Source: a virus
Strand: one strand, 5' to 3'
DNA length: 64,000 nucleotides
IMG/VR virus record: IMGVR_UViG_3300045988_057942
The notes beneath the pieces are model-generated. The model saw only the letters and a list, made by a program, of their open reading frames with translations. It ran no database searches and was not told where the DNA came from. A program made the position numbers and the translations under genes. This document shows, piece after piece, positions 56,618-64,000 of the stretch. Each line of letters begins with the position of its first letter. Position 1 is the first letter of the stretch.

Positions 56618-56664
56618 ACTCCCCGTAGAGGATGGAATGCACATCATCCTCCACGGGGAGTATA
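56618..56664. repeat. two GC-element copies in head-to-head arrangement forming a ~45-bp near-perfect palindrome, intergenic
   Basis: ACTCCCCGTAGAGGATGG-aatgcacat-CATCCTCCACGGGGAGT. Confidence 0.7.
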
Positions 56665-56670
56665 ATTTAG

Positions 56671-57453
56671 CTATTTAATAATAAGACTAGTATTTTCGAC
56701 AAACTTAGCAATACTAATATCTCTACCATTGTTAAGAATATTTTTCATAGTAGTTTTATTAACAGAACTACTTCTAGTCATTTCATGTTGATGATTAAAG
56801 AAAGTATTAATCAAATCAAAATTAGCTTTATTAGCTAAATCACCGATAGGTTTTTCAATTTCAAATTTAACTTTAATACAATCTAAATCATCAAGAGTAA
56901 AATAACCTCCAGTTTCTTCTTTAAGTTTAGCAGATTGCTCAGGATAATTTATAGCAAATTTAGCATTAATATTATCAAGCATAATTTCTCTATTAAACGA
57001 TTCAACATCATCATTAATTAAATCATTATCCCAAAGAGTTTTAAAATGGTCTAATACTAAATCTATAAATATTTGATTAAGACTTTCATCTACTTCAACA
57101 CATTTACTATTTCTAGTATAAAGTTTACTATCAATCAAATCAATAGACCTATTACCAGATTCACCTAAATTGCCATAAGTAATAACAGCATCAAGCATAA
57201 CACTTTTAAGTCTATTAGCATGATTCTCTTTAGTTTTACGAAGAACAGCTAATCGTTGCTCTTCTTTTTTACAAGATTCAGCTTCAAGATTAAGTACAGT
57301 ATATGCTTTACGATAACTATCAAGTTTGGATTTAAGACTTTCTTGTGTAATAGCGAGGCGTTCTTCAAGTTCAGGAGTTAATTCACCTCCATTTTCTTCT
57401 AACTCAAGAAATATATCCTCAAGTTCAGCAGTAATATTATAAATATTTGCCAT
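56671..57453 (-). CDS. Gp157-like (Sipho_Gp157 family) protein
   Basis: N-terminal MANIYNITAELEDIFLELEE..ELTPELEERL...NLEAE..KEEQRLAVLRKTKENHANRLKS matches the Gp157 N-terminal pattern. Confidence 0.35.
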   Translation of the reverse strand: MANIYNITAELEDIFLELEENGGELTPELEERLAITQESLKSKLDSYRKAYTVLNLEAESCKKEEQRLAVLRKTKENHANRLKSVMLDAVITYGNLGESGNRSIDLIDSKLYTRNSKCVEVDESLNQIFIDLVLDHFKTLWDNDLINDDVESFNREIMLDNINAKFAINYPEQSAKLKEETGGYFTLDDLDCIKVKFEIEKPIGDLANKANFDLINTFFNHQHEMTRSSSVNKTTMKNILNNGRDISIAKFVENTSLIIK

Positions 57454-57704
57454 TATTTTCTACGTTTAGGTATATTATAAGCAGAACGATAATAAGGATT
57501 TAAATAACCAAATAAATGAGTATAATCACTAGCAGTCATTTTACCTGTATTAGTTCTATATTTATAAATAGCTTCAGTATATTTCTTCCATAGTTTTTTA
57601 CTTAAACCAAGATTACCAACAAATCCACCATTTTCAAATACAATAGCTTCTGTATTTTTAGTAGTTCTAAAACGGTTATTAAAACCATAAAATCTTCTTC
57701 TCAT
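57453..57704 (-). CDS. small basic protein
   Basis: 83 aa ORF. Confidence 0.35.
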   Translation of the reverse strand: MRRRFYGFNNRFRTTKNTEAIVFENGGFVGNLGLSKKLWKKYTEAIYKYRTNTGKMTASDYTHLFGYLNPYYRSAYNIPKRRK

Positions 57705-57731
57705 AACTTTAATATTTAAATAGTTAATAAT

Positions 57732-58013
57732 TTATTTATTATTTCTCATTTCTTCATCTTTAACTACTTTAAGAACAACAATATTACATAAAAGACCATA
57801 ACAAAGATAATTGTTAAATACACAATTAGGACAAGTTTCAATATGTTTATTTTTAACATATTTACATAGAAATGTTACTTCTTTATCATCTTTAATTCTA
57901 ATTGTAGTATAAAGAAATTCTTCACCATCATTTAAATCATCAGTGAAATTAGTACCACTATAATTTTCAATATGAAAGTGTTTAAGTTTATCAATCTCTG
58001 AAGTCATATCCAA
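57732..58013 (-). CDS. small Cys-containing protein
   Basis: 93 aa. CPNC..C..C. Confidence 0.35.
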   Translation of the reverse strand: MDMTSEIDKLKHFHIENYSGTNFTDDLNDGEEFLYTTIRIKDDKEVTFLCKYVKNKHIETCPNCVFNNYLCYGLLCNIVVLKVVKDEEMRNNK

Positions 58014-58857
58014 GTTCCATTAAATTATTTCTAATCATACCAGCTATAATAATACAATTAGGATGAGGAGTACCAGTAGTACCATAATAACGTAAATCAA
58101 TAATATGACGCCATTCATTAATAGAATATGTATAGACACATCTAGTAGCAGTATCAAGAGGAAGAACGCCACGAGCATCTTGACGATGCATACCAAATTC
58201 ATCAATAAGAGCTTTATAATTAAAAAAACTATCATTACAAGAATTAATATAATGATATGCTTTTTGATGTTCTATATTATCATCAATCCAATCAGCAAAT
58301 AAAGGCTCTTCATTAAAATGTGTAGCAATTTCATCACTCATCCAATGAGGTCTACAAATCGTTCCATCTTCATAAACATAACGAGTTGATTTTTCAGCAA
58401 TATTATTAGGACTAACACGATTTAATTCACGAGAAGTACTAATTTGTGTATCAACACAAAAAGTATATCTCATCATATTAAATCCTATTTCAGTATTACA
58501 AAAATCTTCAATAGGAACAATATATTTAGATAGATAACCAAATTGTGTTTTATGGTCTAAAACCCAATTACCATTAACAGTTATATAATAAACATGTTTT
58601 TTATAATCATAACTAAAACCAATAGTATTAGCATAATTAATAATAATAGTTTCTAAAGTTTTATCACTATCATTAGCAATCATATAATAAGTTCCATGAC
58701 GAAACATACTCCAATGTTCATCATTAATAAGTCGTTTAATAGTAGCTTCATCATTACCACTTTCTCTACCATAACAAACTCTTGCGCATCTAGCAACATG
58801 AGCTTTAGAATCATTTCCTTGTTGCCAAAGTTCAACTTTAGGTTCAATTATTTTCAT
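57991..58857 (-). CDS. thyX: flavin-dependent thymidylate synthase ThyX
   Basis: AHVARCARVCYG N-terminus. RVSPNNIAEKSTRY is a ThyX-like R..S.N.E.S.RY signature. C-terminal WRHIIDLR. Confidence 0.55.
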   Translation of the reverse strand: MKIIEPKVELWQQGNDSKAHVARCARVCYGRESGNDEATIKRLINDEHWSMFRHGTYYMIANDSDKTLETIIINYANTIGFSYDYKKHVYYITVNGNWVLDHKTQFGYLSKYIVPIEDFCNTEIGFNMMRYTFCVDTQISTSRELNRVSPNNIAEKSTRYVYEDGTICRPHWMSDEIATHFNEEPLFADWIDDNIEHQKAYHYINSCNDSFFNYKALIDEFGMHRQDARGVLPLDTATRCVYTYSINEWRHIIDLRYYGTTGTPHPNCIIIAGMIRNNLMELGYDFRD

Positions 58858-59227
58858 CTTCTTGATTATTATAAAAATCTTTAACTACATTTCCAAATAT
58901 ACTATAAAAATGTTCTTTAGGTATAATATTAATAGGCTGTATAGAATCAAGCTCTTTAAAAAATTCTTTAAGACCTTTATTTCTAATCCATAAAGTATCA
59001 TAAGTAGCAGTTATATAATTATCTTTATCCATGTCACAAGCTATAAAGCAAGTTTCACTATCAAGCTTATCTATACATTCTTTACATACAATAGCCTCAG
59101 CTATTTGTTTACTCTTACTAGCATCTTCTTCAACAGAATTTCCAAGTGGAGTATAACCAATAATTTTACCACAACATATACAAACTCTAGCAAGAGCATT
59201 TATACCAAAAATAGGATGTAATTTCAT
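58844..59227 (-). CDS. Cys-rich (zinc-ribbon-like) protein
   Basis: 127 aa with CICCGK...CKEC..C..C. Confidence 0.35.
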   Translation of the reverse strand: MKLHPIFGINALARVCICCGKIIGYTPLGNSVEEDASKSKQIAEAIVCKECIDKLDSETCFIACDMDKDNYITATYDTLWIRNKGLKEFFKELDSIQPINIIPKEHFYSIFGNVVKDFYNNQEDENN

Positions 59228-59970
59228 ACCATATAATCAGTTACAAATTTAAGAACTTTATAGAAAAGACCAACAAGAGTACCAGTATTATCAATAACAT
59301 AATCATCTTTATTAATTGTTATTTGTTCACTTTCGTGACTTTCATGATTATCATTACTAGATTTTCTATCTACTCTAATTATCATTCCTCCACAATCTTT
59401 AATAGCTTTACATTCATCATTATCAAATCTAGCATCAGCTATAATACATTGTCCTTTACTATTTCTTATATCAAATGCTTTATTCATAGTATAACGAATA
59501 AAAGCTTCTCTCCAAAAATGATTTCTAATAATGTTAGTACCATAATATTGAAGAAGAACTCTAATTTTAATACTAACATTATTATTATATAAAACAAGAT
59601 ATGAGGATAAGTCATTATATTTTAATATAGCATCATTACATTTATCCACAACATAAGTAGCATCTTTAATATTAGTAGAAACAATACCAGTTTTAAAATT
59701 ATAATAATTTTCTTCTTTAACATCTTGTCTATCTAGAAGTTTACGGTCAATACCACAAAATTCAGATATATCATCTTTAAGTTTATCAGCAAAATGAATA
59801 ATTATTTCATCATTTTCGATAAAATCATTTTTATGATAAAGAAGCCAAGTATCATAACTAGCTTTCATAATACCATCATGAAGGATATAACTAATCATAG
59901 AAGCAACTGTATCTTTACCACTTCCTTTAAATCCTTTAATACCAACAATAGTAACTTTATTAATACTCAT
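59224..59970 (-). CDS. deoxynucleoside monophosphate kinase (T4 gp1-like)
   Basis: Walker A GIKGFKGSGKDT in the MSINKVTIVGIKGFKGSGKDT context, as in T4 dNMP kinase (GVKRSGKDT). Start moved to the ATG at 59970. The track's 5' extension runs into the conserved upstream element. Confidence 0.5.
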   Translation of the reverse strand: MSINKVTIVGIKGFKGSGKDTVASMISYILHDGIMKASYDTWLLYHKNDFIENDEIIIHFADKLKDDISEFCGIDRKLLDRQDVKEENYYNFKTGIVSTNIKDATYVVDKCNDAILKYNDLSSYLVLYNNNVSIKIRVLLQYYGTNIIRNHFWREAFIRYTMNKAFDIRNSKGQCIIADARFDNDECKAIKDCGGMIIRVDRKSSNDNHESHESEQITINKDDYVIDNTGTLVGLFYKVLKFVTDYMV

Positions 59971-60044
59971 AATAATTTGTTTTTGTTTATCAAGACAAAT
60001 ATAAAAATATAATAGGAATTTACTAGTAATAATGATGCTGAATT

Positions 60045-60172
60045 TAATGTTAAATATCATGGTGAGAATGACGCATTTTAAGGCTTGCCATGACACGCAA
60101 ATCTTATCGTGATAGATTAATCATTCTGATATATAAAATTGAATACAGGCAAAAAGAATCATGTCTACGAGC
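60045..60172 (-). promoter_or_regulatory. conserved upstream element copy 3 (putative promoter + leader)
   Basis: The reverse complement shares TTTTGCC..ATTCAATTTTA..TGATTAATCTATCACGATA..GCCTTAAAATG..ATTCTCA with copies 1 and 2. Confidence 0.45.
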
Positions 60173-60244
60173 GTATCATATACAATTTTACACCCATGTA
60201 AAACAGAAAAGCCTAGCACACTATCTTATGTACTAGGCTTCACC

Positions 60245-60628
60245 TTATTCAATATCTATATGATAAATAATACAAAAACTATTACGTTCTTCTACAAACT
60301 TAACATTAATATTAAAATCATCTTTAGACATAACAAAAGCATTACGCAATCTTGTATCGAGAAGTCTAATAACTATATTAGGAATATATAACTTAAATCC
60401 AGTATTAGCATCTCGAATAATAGGAACACTATTATTAATTCTATTATCATTATACAAAATCACATAAAGTTCATTACTTTTAGTTATATCATTATATCTA
60501 ACAGCAAAATTATAACTTTTAGCATCATAATCAGTAAATAGAATAATAGATTTATAATAACAACTAAAATAAGATTTAGTTCTATCAAAATTATTATTCT
60601 TAATTACATTATAATCTAGTATCTCCAT
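60245..60628 (-). CDS. hypothetical protein
   Basis: 127 aa ORF. Confidence 0.4.
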   Translation of the reverse strand: MEILDYNVIKNNNFDRTKSYFSCYYKSIILFTDYDAKSYNFAVRYNDITKSNELYVILYNDNRINNSVPIIRDANTGFKLYIPNIVIRLLDTRLRNAFVMSKDDFNINVKFVEERNSFCIIYHIDIE

Positions 60629-61835
60629 TTATAACAACAGTTTTAATATGAAATGGAACTCTAGAAACACCACTCCGTTCACCATATTCTATATGAACAG
60701 TTCTACCAATATAAGATTGAGAATCAAATAAAACTTCTTGCTGAACAATATGACTAGTGCTTAAACGAGTTTCAAACTTTTCATTATTAATATCATTTTT
60801 ACAAAGAAGAATAGGTAAATCACGTTTCTTTTCTTTATAAATATCAAGAATGATAAAATCTCCCTCAGCAGAATCTTTAAACTTCTCCATATAATTAGCT
60901 CTACGTCTACCATATTGATAATCAGTTTCAGCATTACGAAGTATAAGACCTTCAAATCCTAAATTAATAAAATGATTTCTAGCGTCAATAGCTTCATTAT
61001 CATTAGTAATATATCCACTAGGAAGAATAATCAATCGTTCTTTATTATTATAATGTTCTTTAATATTATTAAAGCAAGTAGGAAGCTTAATATGATAACG
61101 ATATGTATTTCTATGAGCTTGATTACCTTCCATCATAATATCATAACACCAAAACTGAAGAAGTTTATTTTCAACACAATTAGCATCTTTAACAAAATGA
61201 TTAATTTGATTAACAGTATAACCGGGAAGATAAACTTCACCATCAAGTGCTGCAAATCCATTAATCATATCGTCGATAATATTTGTATTAATAGTAGCAA
61301 GCAGATAATCTTCAAGATAGCCAAGAGTATGCCAAGTAAGACCTTCACGACTTTGGAAACGAAGCCTAACAGGTTTAAACATATCATTTTGAGTATAAGC
61401 AGTAACAATACAACGCAGACCATTAATCTTATACTGACCATACATACAACTGACTTTTTTCCAAACATTACCATTATACGTTTTAGCAAGCATTGGAAGT
61501 AAAAGATTACTGTTTCCATTACTAAGGTCTTTAGGTAGATAAGTATTTAGAAAATTAAATAGAGTATCATTATCTCCATCCTCCACGGGGGGTAAACCCT
61601 GCATATCACAAAGTTCATTAAGATATGTATATCCTTGTTTAATCTTATCATTATATCTACTTTCAAGTTCTTTTTGACCATCTTTTTGAGTAACAGCATA
61701 AACTTCTTTACGAATATTACCTCGAACAAGACCATAAAAAACAGTGATACTATTAGTACCACTGTCAAGTTCAGCCCACCAAACAGTAGGCACACCATTA
61801 TTATTTCTACGATAAAGTTTATTCATTATGTTCAC
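60609..61835 (-). CDS. ATP-dependent DNA ligase-like nucleotidyltransferase (motif I variant KINGLR)
   Basis: Motif I KINGLR (KxDGxR with D replaced by N), motif III AALDGEVYL, IV FWCYDIM, V EGLILRN, then KFK. Confidence 0.5.
   Translation of the reverse strand: MNIMNKLYRRNNNGVPTVWWAELDSGTNSITVFYGLVRGNIRKEVYAVTQKDGQKELESRYNDKIKQGYTYLNELCDMQGLPPVEDGDNDTLFNFLNTYLPKDLSNGNSNLLLPMLAKTYNGNVWKKVSCMYGQYKINGLRCIVTAYTQNDMFKPVRLRFQSREGLTWHTLGYLEDYLLATINTNIIDDMINGFAALDGEVYLPGYTVNQINHFVKDANCVENKLLQFWCYDIMMEGNQAHRNTYRYHIKLPTCFNNIKEHYNNKERLIILPSGYITNDNEAIDARNHFINLGFEGLILRNAETDYQYGRRRANYMEKFKDSAEGDFIILDIYKEKKRDLPILLCKNDINNEKFETRLSTSHIVQQEVLFDSQSYIGRTVHIEYGERSGVSRVPFHIKTVVINGDTRL
61574..61599 (+). repeat. 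GC-element copy inside the ligase gene (read from the - strand as GLPPVEDGD)
   Basis: CTCCATCCTCCACGGGGGGTAAACCC. Confidence 0.7.
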
Positions 61836-62379
61836 TTATTTTTAAACCATTAAATGCAAAACTAACAGCTTTACCACCTAGAAGTTTAGCTTTACGCTGA
61901 GCAATCGTTTCCTTTTTAGGCTTAATAGCCTTTGCAATACCGGTGCTAACATCAATGGGTTTACCTGTAAAGACATCTTTTGATTGATTAACTCTGCTAG
62001 CACTTCTAGTGCGTTTCCTTGGTTCTTTACTATAATATCGTACTGGGTTTCTTCTCTCGAAATCAAGATTTTTTTCATGTATATCAATAATTCTTTTAAT
62101 AATACTATTACGATAATCAATATAACTTTGAGCTTTTTCTGGATGATGTTCTAGAACAAGATAAAGTTTATCAAGAATATATTCAATACTAGAAAGAGTA
62201 ATACGATAACCATAATTAATAGTTTGTCTAGGACGAGAACCATCAGGATAAATAGTAGTACAATCTAAATCTTTAATATAAGATTCAATTGCATCAGCCA
62301 TTGTAGATTTATCAATAGCATAATTAATATATCTAATATCTCTATCATCTAGCTTTTCTTCATATCCTTTTATTATCAT
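61819..62379 (-). CDS. hypothetical protein with basic C-terminus
   Basis: 186 aa ORF. Confidence 0.4.
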   Translation of the reverse strand: MIIKGYEEKLDDRDIRYINYAIDKSTMADAIESYIKDLDCTTIYPDGSRPRQTINYGYRITLSSIEYILDKLYLVLEHHPEKAQSYIDYRNSIIKRIIDIHEKNLDFERRNPVRYYSKEPRKRTRSASRVNQSKDVFTGKPIDVSTGIAKAIKPKKETIAQRKAKLLGGKAVSFAFNGLKISEHNE

Positions 62380-62804
62380 AGATTTTCTTTCTTACATTTA
62401 TAAATAATAATACGAGTTGGTTTACCTATAAGACAATGATTATATTTAAACCATTCAATAATATCAAATGTAGGATAAGTTTTAGCTATTCCTTCAACAA
62501 GAGCATAACCTTCTTGATAATTAAAATTACTATGAATAGTTCCACCATTATCAGTATCAAGTAGGCTAAACTTTTTGATATATTCAACGTCATCATTAGA
62601 AGATAGATTAATTTCTCCATAACAATAAATATCTTTTTTATCAATACGTTTACCATCTACATTAATACATTCCCATTTATCAAGATTTTGTTCATCCTCT
62701 TCAGTAATTGGACGCATAACAGTATATGTAACACCAGCTAGACTTTTAGTATGGCAAAGTATTACTTTCTTCCGTATCCCAAGTAAATTCAGTTTCTTCT
62801 CCAT
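62376..62804 (-). CDS. hypothetical protein
   Basis: 142 aa ORF. Confidence 0.4.
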   Translation of the reverse strand: MEKKLNLLGIRKKVILCHTKSLAGVTYTVMRPITEEDEQNLDKWECINVDGKRIDKKDIYCYGEINLSSNDDVEYIKKFSLLDTDNGGTIHSNFNYQEGYALVEGIAKTYPTFDIIEWFKYNHCLIGKPTRIIIYKCKKENL

Positions 62805-63957
62805 AATTATCTTCTATATATTTAACAACTTGTTGAGTTAATTCATTAATAACATTTGTAGAATAACTACTTCTCAATTCGGCAAAATCTTTAACACCAA
62901 GTTCTTTAGGAATAATAATAGGTATAATATCATAATCATTCTTAAGAATTATAGCTTCCATAAGACCAGTTCTATCATTATCCATAAGGCTAATAAGAAA
63001 ACCATTCCGATTAAGTTTACTACGAAGCCAATCATATTCAATTTGACGAAGTTTATAAGTTTCATGTGGAATATTCACAACACCAATAGCCTTAGACTCA
63101 AGGGTAGACCCCCCGTAGAGGATGGAATGATTAATACTTTTTAGATAACATTCAAGACTTAATCTATCTTTAGTAGATTTAGTTATAATAATAACGTCAT
63201 AATTATCTAATTCAAGATTAATAACTCCTTCAATAGTATTACTATTAGTTATAAACTTAACTTCAGTTTTCTTATTCCTATTTGGAAAATACAGTTTAAC
63301 ATTAACTATTCCTCTTTTATCTTGCCCAAGAACGTAACCATAACATAAATCTGTTTTATTTTTATCATAAAAATATTTAGGAATAGGATTAGTTGAACGA
63401 TTAATATAAAATTGGTCAACAGGATAAACAAAATGAGTATTAAGAAAATTAAGATTAACACCAAATTGTCCCCAATACTTAGCATCTAAATTATTCCACG
63501 GACGAGTAACAAGTTCAATAATAGGTTTATGATTACGTACATTACTAATAGCCCTAGCAATATTATAATCGTTGTTTTCATCTTTATCTTGTCCATAAAT
63601 AATATTTCTAAAAGTATAAGCAATATGTTTAAGAACAAATAGAAATTGACTTTTAATAGAAATATCAATTTGCTTATGAACAATTTCAGAGAGTACAGTT
63701 GCAGCAGCATCTATACAATCTCCCCACCAATATCCAGCAAAATCTCTTCCTTTAAGTTTATTCCTATTATCATATCTAAAACCAAAACTAGGATGAGTAT
63801 CTTCACGAAAAGGACTAGATATAAATTCTCCTGTATCTATACAATGTTGTATATCTTCAACACTAATTCCAGTATAAGTGCTAAAAATAGTAATTTGACT
63901 AACTTTAGAGAAAATATAATCTTTAGTTAAAATAGTATTACTAATATTTCTTTTCAT
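62746..63957 (-). CDS. DnaG-like primase (TOPRIM) with degenerate zinc-binding domain
   Basis: SPFREDTHPSFGF is like the DnaG zinc-binding-domain motif CPFH.E.TPSF but has Ser in place of Cys. TOPRIM-like VIIITKSTKD and LMDNDRTG. Confidence 0.4.
   Translation of the reverse strand: MKRNISNTILTKDYIFSKVSQITIFSTYTGISVEDIQHCIDTGEFISSPFREDTHPSFGFRYDNRNKLKGRDFAGYWWGDCIDAAATVLSEIVHKQIDISIKSQFLFVLKHIAYTFRNIIYGQDKDENNDYNIARAISNVRNHKPIIELVTRPWNNLDAKYWGQFGVNLNFLNTHFVYPVDQFYINRSTNPIPKYFYDKNKTDLCYGYVLGQDKRGIVNVKLYFPNRNKKTEVKFITNSNTIEGVINLELDNYDVIIITKSTKDRLSLECYLKSINHSILYGGSTLESKAIGVVNIPHETYKLRQIEYDWLRSKLNRNGFLISLMDNDRTGLMEAIILKNDYDIIPIIIPKELGVKDFAELRSSYSTNVINELTQQVVKYIEDNYGEETEFTWDTEESNTLPY
63107..63129 (-). 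repeat. GC-element copy inside the primase gene (read as HSILYGGSTLE)
   Basis: GACCCCCCGTAGAGGATGGAATG. Confidence 0.7.
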
Positions 63958-64000
63958 AATATTTCTAATTTGACCTTTATCGTGAACATATAAAAAAAGA

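Noticed and set aside
59971-60096. N-terminal 42-aa extension of the dNMP kinase ORF
   Set aside because: The extension runs into the conserved upstream promoter-like element. The position corresponding to its ATG is non-ATG in the other two copies, and the Walker A motif lies right after the internal Met.

Overview
AT-rich (about 28-30% GC) phage DNA, most likely a crAss-like (Crassvirales) phage of a Bacteroidales host. This assignment is inferred from gene content and cannot be confirmed without a database search. Positions 1-51069 are one long + strand module of virion genes: four tail-fibre/tailspike-like proteins, a huge S/T/G-rich protein made of BACON-like repeats, small structural proteins, and then a block of very large proteins (1503, 748, 856, 1957 and 4070 aa). 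The 4070-aa ORF carries a D-x-D-x-D motif (DFDVD) of the kind seen in crAss-like virion RNA polymerases. Positions 51154-63957 are a - strand early/replication module: a wHTH protein, glutaredoxin-like proteins, dUTPase, ThyX, a dNMP kinase, a DNA ligase, a DnaG-like primase, and DUF1653, DUF932 and Gp157-like proteins. Two systems stand out. (1) A complete diversity-generating retroelement at 16599-19756, with a target gene, a 105-bp VR, a 105-bp TR, a reverse transcriptase and a basic accessory ORF. Over that 105-bp alignment, 22 of 22 VR/TR mismatches sit at TR adenines. (2) A family of about 22 short GC-rich elements with core CCATCCTCYACGGGGRGT. They are scattered in both orientations, mostly inside ORFs and always preserving the reading frame. 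They often occur as inverted pairs and sometimes carry hyper-stable mini-hairpin modules (GCGAAGC, GGACGAAAGTCC). I can find no described element family that explains them. There is also a conserved ~125-bp element present three times directly upstream of operon-first genes, which is a putative promoter/leader class, and a perfect 28-bp palindrome at the junction between the two modules. I see no rRNA, tRNA or CRISPR array. Protein-family calls rest on motifs I recognise by eye, not on searches.
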